NCBI GenBank assembly: GCA_963664325.2 | Contig: CAXXDQ010000007.1 | Coordinates: 832,001 to 896,000 of the forward strand | Reading direction: 5' to 3' | Length of the DNA stretch: 64,000 nucleotides | Source of the DNA: Desulfomonilia bacterium | Lineage (GTDB): Bacteria > Desulfobacterota > Desulfomonilia > UBA1062 | Part shown: piece after piece, positions 20,480-30,030 of the stretch | How positions within the stretch are numbered: the first letter of the stretch is position 1 | Layout of the letters: every line of letters begins with the position of its first letter | Translations under genes and position numbers: made by a program | The notes under the pieces: model-generated | The model's database searches: none | The model's input: the letters and a program-made list of their open reading frames with translations, nothing else | Told to the model about the DNA's origin: nothing

Positions 20480-20558
20480 ATGTATCTGCAAAACCTCTGG
20501 AACAGTCATGTTCAGGAACGATTGAAACCGGATATCTCTTAAAAAAGGGGGCTTTAAT

Positions 20559-20834
20559 ATGGTCAGTGCAATAGTTTTGATCAATACCGAGAGAAAAAGG
20601 ATAAATGAGGTTGCGGAAAAACTGGTGCAGATCGACGGGATAACAGAGGTGTATTCGGTTGCCGGCGAATATGACCTGATTGCAATAGTAAGGGTGGCCG
20701 ACAACCAGTCGATGGCCGATGTCGTGACAGGACAGATGTCAAAGGTGGAAGGAATTGTAAAGACAAGGACCATGATCGCCTTCACGGTGTTATCAAAGCA
20801 TGACCTTGAAAGGATGTTTTCAATCGGGGCGTGA
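20559..20834 (+). CDS. Lrp/AsnC ligand-binding (RAM) domain protein without HTH
   Basis: 91 aa with EVYSVAGEYDLIAIVRV. Confidence 0.88.
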   Translation: MVSAIVLINTERKRINEVAEKLVQIDGITEVYSVAGEYDLIAIVRVADNQSMADVVTGQMSKVEGIVKTRTMIAFTVLSKHDLERMFSIGA

Positions 20835-20889
20835 CGGTGACATCATTGTGCACGGCACCGACAGGTCAATTGCTGCTGTCATCATACGA

Positions 20890-21085
20890 CAGGCTGAATT
20901 CAACTGTTTTCATGGCATCGGTCGCCGGGCTCATTATGCAACCTGCACTGCCGGAACCTTCTCCTATCGGGTAGAGGTTTTCATATTCACGGTTTCTTAT
21001 TTTCTGCCGCGCCTGATCCCTATCGGGCATGAGGTCCCTGTCTCCACGCCCGGCAGCATCCTGTGGTCTGAAACAAACAGAGTTT
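20890..21085 (-). pseudogene. Decayed 3' fragment of an FAD-dependent oxidoreductase (COG2509-like)
   Basis: Across a stop and a frameshift it reads FVSDHRMLPGVETGTSCPIGIRRG..*ETVN / NLYPIGEGSGSAGCIMSPATDA, resembling the GVETRTSSP...GLYPxGEGAGYAGGIMSAAxDG tail. Confidence 0.65.
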
Positions 21086-21174
21086 TCGGCTGGCAATATT
21101 TGAGAAGCGGATTAAAATATGCGAACAGATATGAGAAGGGCTGCAGGGCCGGATGATTCGAGGGCGGATAAGAT

Positions 21175-21648
21175 ATGATTGATTATCAGGTAACAGATGA
21201 GAAGGATCTTGAAAAGATAAGGCCCCTCTGGGAAGGGCTGAACGAGCACCATCATGCGAAAGCGCGCCATTTCCGGCGCCATTATGAAACATGGGGCTTC
21301 GATGACAGGAAGGCTTACTTTGATAAAATTGCCGGTGCGGGAACGCTGCGCATAGACCTCGCCTTTGATAATGACAAGAAAAGGTATGTCGGGTACTGCG
21401 TGAGCTTCATTTCAAAAGAAAGGCATGGGGAGATAGAATCGATTTTCATAGAGGAGGCTTACCGCTCGCAGGGCGTTGGAACGGAACTCCTGTCAAGGGC
21501 CCTTTCATGGATGGATGCCAAGGAAGTCCTCAGAAAGAGGGTCGCCGTTGCCGACGGCAATGAAGATGCCTGGGGATTTTACCGGAAGTTCGGATTTTAT
21601 CCGCGCATGATGCTGCTTGAGCAGAAGAATAAACACGACGGCAGTTGA
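21175..21648 (+). CDS. GNAT family N-acetyltransferase
   Basis: YRSQGVG acetyl-CoA motif and N..A.GFYRKFGF. Confidence 0.9.
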   Translation: MIDYQVTDEKDLEKIRPLWEGLNEHHHAKARHFRRHYETWGFDDRKAYFDKIAGAGTLRIDLAFDNDKKRYVGYCVSFISKERHGEIESIFIEEAYRSQGVGTELLSRALSWMDAKEVLRKRVAVADGNEDAWGFYRKFGFYPRMMLLEQKNKHDGS

Positions 21649-21733
21649 ACCGATCGGAATAAAAATAAAATGCGCGACGGATAAACGTATGGTAACCGTA
21701 CATAATCATAATTAATATTTCCGGAGGCTGTGG

Positions 21734-22774
21734 ATGCAGAACGAAATCATAAAAAGCATTAACCTTTTGGACGGCAGCGGCCATATCACCGAAGAGGGAT
21801 GGGCCAGGTTTCCTTACTGGAAATATGACAGGCAGGCAATAAAGGCCTCAGCCCTGAGGATCAAGGAATGGGACTATTACGCCGTGCTCTCCGGGGACAA
21901 AAAATACGGACTGACCTTCACGGTCAGCGACCTGGGTTACCTGGGGCTCTCCGCAATATGCTTCCTTGATTTCGAGAAGAGATATTTCAAACAGGTCGAT
22001 ACCATGAGCATCCTGCCCCTGGGCAAAACCGGGTTTCCTGCGGGAAGCGAAGACAGCGGGACCATAAGGTTCGCCGACAAGAAGCTATCTGTCGAATATG
22101 TGATGGCGCCCGGAAAGAGGACCATCAGGTTCGAGTGTCCGGGCATGGTCGATGCGCATGGAAACAAAGGGCTTAAGGGCGAGATCACGCTGATGCAGCC
22201 CGAAGGCATTGAGAGCATGGTGATAGCGACCTCGTGGAAGGAGAACAGGAAGGCCTTCTACTATAACCGCAAGATTAACTGCATGCCCGCTTCGGGATAT
22301 TTCGAAATCGGGGCCAGAAGGTATCCCTTTGAGCCCGGAAAAGACTTCGGCGTGCTGGACTGGGGCCGGGGCAACTGGACCTACAAGAACCGCTGGTACT
22401 GGGGCTCGGCCTCGGGGCTGGCCGAGGGCGTGCCCTTCGGCTGGAACATTGGCTACGGGTTCAGCGACCGCACGCCTGCCACGGAAAACGTCATCTTTTA
22501 TAGCGGCAAGGCGCACAAAATAACGGATGTGACCTTTCATATCGACACCTCGGACTACTTAAAGCCCTGGATATTCACCAGCAGCGACGGCCGGTTCGAG
22601 ATGGCGTTTGAGCCTGCAATAGACAGGGCCAGCGCCGTCAACCTGCTTATTTTGAAATCCGTCCAGCACCAGGTCTTCGGGTACTTTACCGGAAAGGCCG
22701 TCCTGGACGACGGCAGGACAATAAACATCAAAAACTTCCTGGGCTTTGCGGAAGACGTTCTGAATTGGTATTAA
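21734..22774 (+). CDS. DUF2804 family protein
   Basis: RIKEWDYY, LDWGRGNW, WYWG and HQVFG motifs. Confidence 0.8.
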   Translation: MQNEIIKSINLLDGSGHITEEGWARFPYWKYDRQAIKASALRIKEWDYYAVLSGDKKYGLTFTVSDLGYLGLSAICFLDFEKRYFKQVDTMSILPLGKTGFPAGSEDSGTIRFADKKLSVEYVMAPGKRTIRFECPGMVDAHGNKGLKGEITLMQPEGIESMVIATSWKENRKAFYYNRKINCMPASGYFEIGARRYPFEPGKDFGVLDWGRGNWTYKNRWYWGSASGLAEGVPFGWNIGYGFSDRTPATENVIFYSGKAHKITDVTFHIDTSDYLKPWIFTSSDGRFEMAFEPAIDRASAVNLLILKSVQHQVFGYFTGKAVLDDGRTINIKNFLGFAEDVLNWY

Positions 22775-22866
22775 GTTATTCTGCTTCACAATCAAGGCCT
22801 TCGCGATGTCTGCCCTGCAGGTGGAATATTGAAGGCAGAATGGAATCGGCTGAATTATGAGGGGTT

Positions 22867-24411
22867 ATGAAAAGGAAAAATCTTGACAGGCGTGAGTTCA
22901 TAAAGCTTGGCGCGGCATCAGGTGCGGCGATAATGCTCGGAGGCATTACCGCATGCGGCGCAGGCAGCAATTACGACAGTCCTCAAAGTGAATCTGATGG
23001 ACAGAATACATCAACTCCGAAAGTTGAGAGCAGGGAATTCGATGTCATAATTGCAGGGGCAGGCCCCGGGGGCTGCCTTGCGGCGTTAAGGCTTGCGCAG
23101 CAGGGATTTTCAGTAGGCCTTTTCGATTCCGGAAACGAGGACAGGCTCGGGAAACAAGTCGTTCTAGCAGTGGAAAGGGATATCTTCGGGGCAGTCGGTC
23201 TGGCCTGTCCCGAAGGCGATGTCCTTGCCTATGAAAATGATTGCGAGCGCATTTTCTCACCCGCCGGCAAGGAATGCTTTATGATCGACTGCAGAGAATA
23301 CCCCATGCCTCAAGCCATTCATCTCGACAGATTCACCCGCTCTATCTTTGCCGAAGCCCTTGAAAAAGGCGTGAATTTCTTCGGCGGATACAGGGCTGTG
23401 GCGCCTTTGTGCTCAGGGAGGCGCGTCTACGGCGCCAGGTTTGAAAGCCCTGAAGGAACGGCTGAAGTGAAAGCAGGGCTGGTCATTGACGCAACCGGCT
23501 ACAGCGCCGCGCTCACCCGCAATCTGCCGGCTTCATTTGACATGAGATTCAAGGAATCGAGCTCGGACATTGTAAGCGCCGCAAACAGGTTCTACACGAT
23601 CGATTATGACGCTGCAGACTCGGCAATCGATAAAGGCCTTCAGGGGGCCGAAGAAGGCTGGAACCGCATGGGCAAATTCGGCGTCTATTCAACTTTTTTC
23701 TCGTGCCTGTCGCTCAAGAAAGGCCAGGCCTTTGTCCTTACCGGATGCAAGAAGGATTTTGAAACAGAGGCCCTTTCGGCAAAAACAGCGGCCGACAGCT
23801 TCATGGATGAACTTGGTTGCTTCAATGAAAAAATATCCGCGGCGGAGTCTCTGATAAGGATCAGCAATTCGCTCGATGCGCCTGTTGCAGACGGGTTCAT
23901 GGCGATAGGAGAGGCCGCATGCCAGACGGTCACAATACATGCAAGCGGCGTGGCCTCTTCACTTTATGCCGGGCATCTGGCCGCCAAAGCCGCAACTGAA
24001 GCACTGAAGGCCGGAAGCACGTCCAAAACGGCCCTCTGGCCTTATGCCGCGGCATACCAGAGGACAAGGGGGGCTATTATCGCAGGGCTGGAAGTTACGC
24101 GCAGGACCGTTGACAGGCTGAGAGTGGAAGATTTAAACATATTGATAGAGTCGGGCATAATGCACAAGGAAGATTATATCGGCGGCGTACTGGTTAAAGA
24201 TCCGGCAATCACTGCGGCTAGCATACCGGACCGCATGGACGGCTTTTTAAAACACCCGGCTTACATCCCGGTGCTCCTGAAGATGGGGCTGACGGCACAG
24301 AAGGTTTCAAGGCACTACAAAAAATATCCTGACAGGTATAACGTGCAGGAGTTTACCGGGTGGCGCTCGGAAAAGGACAGGCTTTTCACTTCGATCGAGG
24401 AGCAGGCATAA
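22867..24411 (+). CDS. Tat-exported lipoprotein, geranylgeranyl-reductase-like FAD oxidoreductase
   Basis: DRREFIK twin-arginine motif, ITAC lipobox, GAGPGG, VIDATG and IGEAA. Confidence 0.8.
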   Translation: MKRKNLDRREFIKLGAASGAAIMLGGITACGAGSNYDSPQSESDGQNTSTPKVESREFDVIIAGAGPGGCLAALRLAQQGFSVGLFDSGNEDRLGKQVVLAVERDIFGAVGLACPEGDVLAYENDCERIFSPAGKECFMIDCREYPMPQAIHLDRFTRSIFAEALEKGVNFFGGYRAVAPLCSGRRVYGARFESPEGTAEVKAGLVIDATGYSAALTRNLPASFDMRFKESSSDIVSAANRFYTIDYDAADSAIDKGLQGAEEGWNRMGKFGVYSTFFSCLSLKKGQAFVLTGCKKDFETEALSAKTAADSFMDELGCFNEKISAAESLIRISNSLDAPVADGFMAIGEAACQTVTIHASGVASSLYAGHLAAKAATEALKAGSTSKTALWPYAAAYQRTRGAIIAGLEVTRRTVDRLRVEDLNILIESGIMHKEDYIGGVLVKDPAITAASIPDRMDGFLKHPAYIPVLLKMGLTAQKVSRHYKKYPDRYNVQEFTGWRSEKDRLFTSIEEQA

Positions 24412-24972
24412 ATGTTTAAAAAACGCATTTTTACATTAAAGACATTTGCAGAAGGTCTTGCAGGCCTTATCCTGGGCCTGCCCGGCACGGTTGGCGCCCG
24501 CGTGCACAAGGGCATAACCCATGCTTTTGCGGAAAAGCTGAGGCTGTCGACAACATCCGTAAACGGCTGCGTGTACTGCTCGTACACTCACACCATGCTT
24601 GCCATAAGGGCCGGGATATCAGGAGAGGAAATCGGCCTCCTGCTCAAGGGAGACCTCGGATGCGAGGTGGATTCATCCGAAACCCCGGGCCTCATATTCG
24701 CGCAGCATTACGCGGAAACAGGGGGCAACCCGGATACGGTTATGCTTGAAAAACTGGAGTCCGCTTACGGCGGGAGGCTCTCAAGGGATATCCTTGCCCT
24801 GGTCAGGGAAATCGAGTTCGCCAATCTGAACGGCAACACGTTCGAGGCCTTTCTCAGCAGGATGAGGGGAAATGCTGCGCCCGGCAGCAGCCCTTTGTTT
24901 GAAGCCCTCTTCTTTCTTGTAAACCTCCCGATCCTCGGGCCGCTGCACCTTATTATGAAAATGAAGAAATAG
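24412..24972 (+). CDS. AhpD/CMD-family protein with CxxC
   Basis: VNGCVYCSYTH; starts immediately after the oxidoreductase stop. Confidence 0.8.
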   Translation: MFKKRIFTLKTFAEGLAGLILGLPGTVGARVHKGITHAFAEKLRLSTTSVNGCVYCSYTHTMLAIRAGISGEEIGLLLKGDLGCEVDSSETPGLIFAQHYAETGGNPDTVMLEKLESAYGGRLSRDILALVREIEFANLNGNTFEAFLSRMRGNAAPGSSPLFEALFFLVNLPILGPLHLIMKMKK

Positions 24973-25256
24973 GCCAGCCCTTATAAACTCAAATCAGGCA
25001 TGAATGACAGAATAACCGGATATCCTGACCGTCTTTCAGGGGACAGGCGGGCAAACGCATTTTGCGGACATAAAGCAACACATGCAGGGTTGTCTTAAAA
25101 TCAAAAAAATCGTTAAAAAAATTTTCCGTGGTAATTTTTTTATTAAAATTTCCGATATAATATATGATCCGGCCTGAAGGGTGTTTATAACGATTCCGAC
25201 ATGAATGCCTGCGAGCGGACAACCAGTAACGGACAAGAAAAATGACGGGAGGTAGC

Positions 25257-25775
25257 ATGAATACGATTGGAAGATATTGCCTGTTGACAATATGTGCATG
25301 TTTTCTCTTTTCCGGATGTTCGACGATTAATGAAAAGCGCGTGCCTGTCGCGGAAAACGTCGCGGGCAAAGGTTCGGTCATCGTGTCGTGCTACGATGAC
25401 ATGGGCGACAAGGGGGTCGAGCTTTTAACTAGGCGTCTCATGATAATGGCCCTTTACAGCGGAAAACCGGACCGCGACGGTTCAGAGATTATAAAACAGG
25501 TTGAAGCCCCGACATTCAACGTGGGAAACCTTGAGCCCGGTGCATATTATTTGAGGATAAGCGGCTGGAAGGATGAAAACGGAAAGCTCAATTCTTCCAA
25601 ATCAAGGGATTACAAGCTGAAAATCGAACCCGGGAAAGAAACCGAGGTCAGCGTCATCATATCGGATTACATGAAATCAGGCATCCTGGTCGGAGGGGTC
25701 GTTGTTGGAACCGTGGCCGTCGCCAGTGTGATTTTTTCCGTTGTACTGGTCCTGGCACTGATTGCGGCAATATAA
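25257..25775 (+). CDS. Hypothetical lipoprotein with a C-terminal TM helix
   Basis: LFSGC lipobox, hydrophobic C-terminus and GGAGG RBS. Confidence 0.7.
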   Translation: MNTIGRYCLLTICACFLFSGCSTINEKRVPVAENVAGKGSVIVSCYDDMGDKGVELLTRRLMIMALYSGKPDRDGSEIIKQVEAPTFNVGNLEPGAYYLRISGWKDENGKLNSSKSRDYKLKIEPGKETEVSVIISDYMKSGILVGGVVVGTVAVASVIFSVVLVLALIAAI

Positions 25776-25801
25776 ACCTGCGGGTTTGGAGGGGTAAAGG
25801 A

Positions 25802-26185
25802 ATGAAAAATATTGATGATATACTGGCCGGAGCCGCGACTGACTATGCGGTCGGCGTCAAAGTCATACCAATGGCAGGGAATGAAAGACTTTCCCTACTT
25901 GCCGCCGAGGTCGGGACCGGAAAGGAACTCAAGCCCCATTACCACAAGAACAGCATAGAGATATATTTCATTGAACAGGGTACGGGCATAATGAAACTCG
26001 GCGACCTGAAGGCAGACGGAGATGTCCAGTGGACGGATATATTTGATGTCAAAAAAGGCGACTGCGTAACGATAAGCCCGAATCAGGTCCATACACTTAG
26101 AAACACAGGGGAGGAAAACCTTATTATAATAGTCGGCTGTCCGATGACTAACATAACGACCGACCGGTTTGTAATAAACAGATAG
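25802..26185 (+). CDS. Cupin domain protein
   Basis: PHYH...EIYFI..GTG and VHTLRNTG. Confidence 0.88.
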   Translation: MKNIDDILAGAATDYAVGVKVIPMAGNERLSLLAAEVGTGKELKPHYHKNSIEIYFIEQGTGIMKLGDLKADGDVQWTDIFDVKKGDCVTISPNQVHTLRNTGEENLIIIVGCPMTNITTDRFVINR

Positions 26186-26332
26186 CCGGGCAGTCGAGCT
26201 GTTGAACCGGTAAGAAGAATCTATACCTTTCTTGCGCTGTGCATCTTTCATGCAGATATATGCCCGGGAAGGATTATCAAAAAGCCCTAACCTTCCGATA
26301 AGACTTTGACAGCCTGTAAAAAGGAGACATCA

Positions 26333-28090
26333 ATGCATCCGTTAAAGCTTATCGTCCTCCTGGGATTTATACTGAGCGTTGCCGCGTGCAGTTCCTCATC
26401 GGGTAATGAACCGACTCCGGTCAGCATTTGCATAATACATCTGAACGACACTCACTCGCATCTTGACCCCCTATCGAACGAAGAGCTGTATTTTGACGGC
26501 GTGAAAACCAGGACCGATCTCGGCGGCGCTTCCAGGATGAAAACCGCTATTGAGGCCCTCGGCGCGGACAAGGAGAATATTTTGGTTCTCCATGCCGGCG
26601 ATGCGGTTCAGGGGACTTTGTATTATACCGCCTTCAACGGGGAAGCCGATTTTGCCCTGCTAAATTATTACGGGTTGGATGCCATGACACTCGGCAATCA
26701 CGAGTTCGACAAGGGGCCTCAAAGCGTTTCAAACTATATTGCCTGGGCTCATTTCCCGATACTGTCCGCCAATATTGATGCGGATAATGAACCCCTGCTG
26801 AAAGGGAAAATACTGCCCTTCACCCTCAAGATTTTCGGCGACAACGTCATCGGAATCATCGGCGCCACCACAAAAGACACGGAAAGCACTTCAAGCCCGG
26901 GCGATAATGTCAAGTTCAATGACGTTGAAGAAAGCGTCAGTAATACGGTCGCTACTCTTCAGCGCTACGGCCTGAATAAAATCATCGTGCTGTCCCATAT
27001 CGGATACGAGGAAGACATTGAACTGGCAGAGTCTGTTCCGGGAATTGACGTCATCGTGGGAGGGCACTCCCATACATTGCTCGGTAACCAGGCTGAGTTT
27101 GCGGATTTCGGCATAACGGTTCCCGCGGGTTATGACTATCCGACGGTGGTGAAAAGCCCTGAAGGGAAAAATGTGCTCGTGGTGCAGGCCTGGTGCTGGG
27201 GCCGCGCGATCGGCGAACTTGATGTGAATTTTGACAGGAACGGAGATATCGCCTCATACGGAGGACATCCCTATCTTTTGAATTCGGAAAGCTTCAAACA
27301 GAATTACGGGGCGGGATGGGTAGTCGTCGGCCCGGATATCAGGGACCGGATCATGGCGCTGATCCTCGGGTCCGAACTGCTGGAAGTCTTTGAAGAAGAT
27401 GCACAGGCCGCGGCTATTCTACAGCCATATACCGACCAGATCGAGGAAAAGAAGAAAACCGTCGTCGCTCTCGCTTCCGATGACATCCTGAGGGGGAGTG
27501 CGGCGAGCAGCTTCAACTCGGGTCCGGGCCCTGTTGCAGCCGACAGCATGGTCTTTAAGACCATCTCCCAGGGCGCGACCATCGCCATCCTGCCCAGGGG
27601 CGGAGTCAAGGCGGATTTCCTTGCCGGAAACATCACAATGGGCGACGTGCTTTCCGTGCTGCCCTATAACTCCCTGCTCTGCACAATAGAAATGACAGGC
27701 ACCGAGGTCAAGAACGCGCTTGAAGACGGCATCGATTACCAGGTGGTGAACAATCCGCGCGGCCCTTCGAACTGCCCCTGGTATCCGTATGTTTCAGGGT
27801 TGAAGTTCGATGTGATTGAAAACGCCGCAAAAGGTTCCCGTGTGACGAACATCCAGTACAGGAGCACCCTGGGCGGCAGCTACACCGATTTCGACCTTGA
27901 TGCAACCTACAGGATTACAGTGACTTCATATGTGGCCGGAGGCGGAGACGGGTATACGACGCTTAAAAACATCCCTGCCGCCAGGAAAACAGATACCGGA
28001 TTCATTGACTCGGATGCCTTCAGCGAGTATCTTGTTTCCCTGGGTACCGTCTCGAATCCCACTGAAGTGAGGGTGACGGTAACATATTAA
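26333..28090 (+). CDS. 5'-nucleotidase (UshA/NadN family) lipoprotein
   Basis: HLNDTHSH, AGD, LGNHEFD, LSHIG and GGHSH motifs, C-terminal GGDGY and a lipobox. Confidence 0.92.
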   Translation: MHPLKLIVLLGFILSVAACSSSSGNEPTPVSICIIHLNDTHSHLDPLSNEELYFDGVKTRTDLGGASRMKTAIEALGADKENILVLHAGDAVQGTLYYTAFNGEADFALLNYYGLDAMTLGNHEFDKGPQSVSNYIAWAHFPILSANIDADNEPLLKGKILPFTLKIFGDNVIGIIGATTKDTESTSSPGDNVKFNDVEESVSNTVATLQRYGLNKIIVLSHIGYEEDIELAESVPGIDVIVGGHSHTLLGNQAEFADFGITVPAGYDYPTVVKSPEGKNVLVVQAWCWGRAIGELDVNFDRNGDIASYGGHPYLLNSESFKQNYGAGWVVVGPDIRDRIMALILGSELLEVFEEDAQAAAILQPYTDQIEEKKKTVVALASDDILRGSAASSFNSGPGPVAADSMVFKTISQGATIAILPRGGVKADFLAGNITMGDVLSVLPYNSLLCTIEMTGTEVKNALEDGIDYQVVNNPRGPSNCPWYPYVSGLKFDVIENAAKGSRVTNIQYRSTLGGSYTDFDLDATYRITVTSYVAGGGDGYTTLKNIPAARKTDTGFIDSDAFSEYLVSLGTVSNPTEVRVTVTY

Positions 28091-28108
28091 AGGATCAGGG
28101 GGGGGAAC

Positions 28109-28444
28109 ATGATTGCATACTGCGGACTTGACTGCGACAGGTGCGATGCGTTTATTGCAACGGCTACGAATGACGATGCGATGAGAGCACGGGTGGCCGA
28201 AATCTGGGCACGGGAATACAATGTGTCCGTCAGGCCCGAAGACATAAACTGCACAGGCTGCAAGTCCGACGGCCCCAGGGTCCATTACTGCGAGAGCATG
28301 TGCGGGATCAGGAAATGCGCGGTGAAGATGAACCTGTCCACATGCGCGGCATGTGCGGATTATCCCTGCAAACCGCTCGAGGATACCATCTTCGGACATG
28401 CGCCCGATGCCAAAGCAAGACTGGACGCGCTGCGCAGGGCATAA
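28109..28444 (+). CDS. DUF3795 Cys-rich protein
   Basis: IAYCGLDCDRC...CTGC...C.IRKC...CAACADYPC. Confidence 0.85.
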   Translation: MIAYCGLDCDRCDAFIATATNDDAMRARVAEIWAREYNVSVRPEDINCTGCKSDGPRVHYCESMCGIRKCAVKMNLSTCAACADYPCKPLEDTIFGHAPDAKARLDALRRA

Positions 28445-28543
28445 TTTAAGCGGCTTATAAATGCGGGACGGCAGAGCTCAACCGGACGCCATAAATAACA
28501 GCCTACATTTTGCACGCCGCCCGCATGTATTTATTAAACCCCG

Positions 28544-28999
28544 ATGAGGCTATGGTCTGTTCATCCGAAATATCTTGATCCCTCAGGGCTTGCCGCCTTG
28601 TGGAGGGAAGCCCTGCTTGCAAAAAAAGTGCTGGAAGGTGGGACAAAGGGATACAGAAACCATCCCCAGCTTGAACGGTTCAAAATGACATTAAATCCTG
28701 TTGCAGCGATTAATGCATACCTTCAGGAAGTTTGCGCAGAGGCCCGGTCAAGAGGATATAAGTTTAACGCTTCAAGGATCGGGAATATATCATCCGACGG
28801 GAAAATCACCGTGACATCTGGTCAGCTGGAATATGAATGGCGGCATCTTTTAGCCAAACTGGAGAAAAGATCCCCGGAATGGCTTATGAAATATTCAGGG
28901 GTTGCCTCACCGGAACCGCACCCTTTATTCAGAGCGGTTAAAGGGGATATTGAAGAATGGGAAAGGTATAAGGATGAAGGTTTATCATCAACAGAGTGA
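28544..28999 (+). CDS. Pyrimidine dimer DNA glycosylase / endonuclease V family protein
   Basis: MRLWSVHPKYLD..GL.ALWRE.LLA..VL.G.TKGYRNHPQL.RF. Confidence 0.85.
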   Translation: MRLWSVHPKYLDPSGLAALWREALLAKKVLEGGTKGYRNHPQLERFKMTLNPVAAINAYLQEVCAEARSRGYKFNASRIGNISSDGKITVTSGQLEYEWRHLLAKLEKRSPEWLMKYSGVASPEPHPLFRAVKGDIEEWERYKDEGLSSTE

Positions 29000-29207
29000 A
29001 TCATATCTTTGATAATGCGAGGGGAAGATATGAGAAATCTGTCCCCTGTTCTTGCTTTGTAAGACCTGCCGTTTCGATATTTCATCGACATCTGCGAACT
29101 TTATGGATTACGGCCATTTTTCTTGCAAGGCGGGCTTTTTTGAACTAAAAAATGTATTCTTTGGTCTCCTTTGAATCTCAGCCGAATATTAACCAGCGAG
29201 GTGACGT

Positions 29208-29990
29208 ATGGACTACCGGAACAAAGTGATACTCATTACCGGGGCCTCTTCGGGCATCGGCCGGGCCACGGCCCTGGCCCTGAGCCGCCACAGCAATACC
29301 CTGGTTATTACCGCCCGTCGCCAGGCCCTTCTTGACCAGACCGCCGAGCTTATCCGCGGCAACGGGAGCCGATGCCTGGCCATAGCCGGCGATGCACTGG
29401 CCGAGGGACATGCCGATTCGGTGGTCGAGAAGACGATTGAGCTGTACGGGCGCATCGACATCGCTATTCTGAACATCGGCCACGGCCCCTGCTCCAACAC
29501 ACTTACAACCCCCAGGGAAACGCTGCTGTACTGCATGCGGTCCAACTACGACAGCATGATAAATTTCTACTGCCCGCTGATACGGCAGATGAAGAAGCAG
29601 ACAACCCCGTGCATGATCGCTCACATGAACTCTCAAGCCACCTATTTCGGAATCCCAATGCAGGGTGATTACACCGCAGCCAAAGGCGCGGCACGGCTTT
29701 TCCTCGAGACCGCCCGCATGGAACTCAGGCATTTCAGGCACAGACATATCCTCATCCAGACGATCCATCCGGGGTTCGTGGACACCGAAATCTGCCGCAA
29801 CGACGGCCTCCCCAAACCCAACGAGATCAGTGAAGAAAAGGCGGCCGAATATGTACTTAAAGGCATTCGCAGCGAGGTGCGCGAGAACCTTTTCCCGCCC
29901 GGCACCAAATGGGCCACATGGCTGGGGCGGATCGTGCCCCATGGGATACTTACGCGGGTCCTTTTATCAACCATCCCGGATAATTATTGA
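29208..29990 (+). CDS. Short-chain dehydrogenase/reductase
   Basis: TGASSGIG, YTAAK and PGFVDT. Confidence 0.92.
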   Translation: MDYRNKVILITGASSGIGRATALALSRHSNTLVITARRQALLDQTAELIRGNGSRCLAIAGDALAEGHADSVVEKTIELYGRIDIAILNIGHGPCSNTLTTPRETLLYCMRSNYDSMINFYCPLIRQMKKQTTPCMIAHMNSQATYFGIPMQGDYTAAKGAARLFLETARMELRHFRHRHILIQTIHPGFVDTEICRNDGLPKPNEISEEKAAEYVLKGIRSEVRENLFPPGTKWATWLGRIVPHGILTRVLLSTIPDNY

Positions 29991-30030
29991 AGAGGGCACC
30001 GAAAGCCATGAGACCCGGATATGTAAAAAT

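Noticed and set aside
25045-25100. GGCAAAC...GGACATAAAGC resembling a c-di-GMP-I riboswitch
   Set aside because: There is no GNRA tetraloop or receptor and no convincing second stem.
29665-30030. N-terminal 122 aa of the 437-aa ORF 29665..30978
   Set aside because: It overlaps the SDR gene in another frame; the plausible start is ATG 30031.
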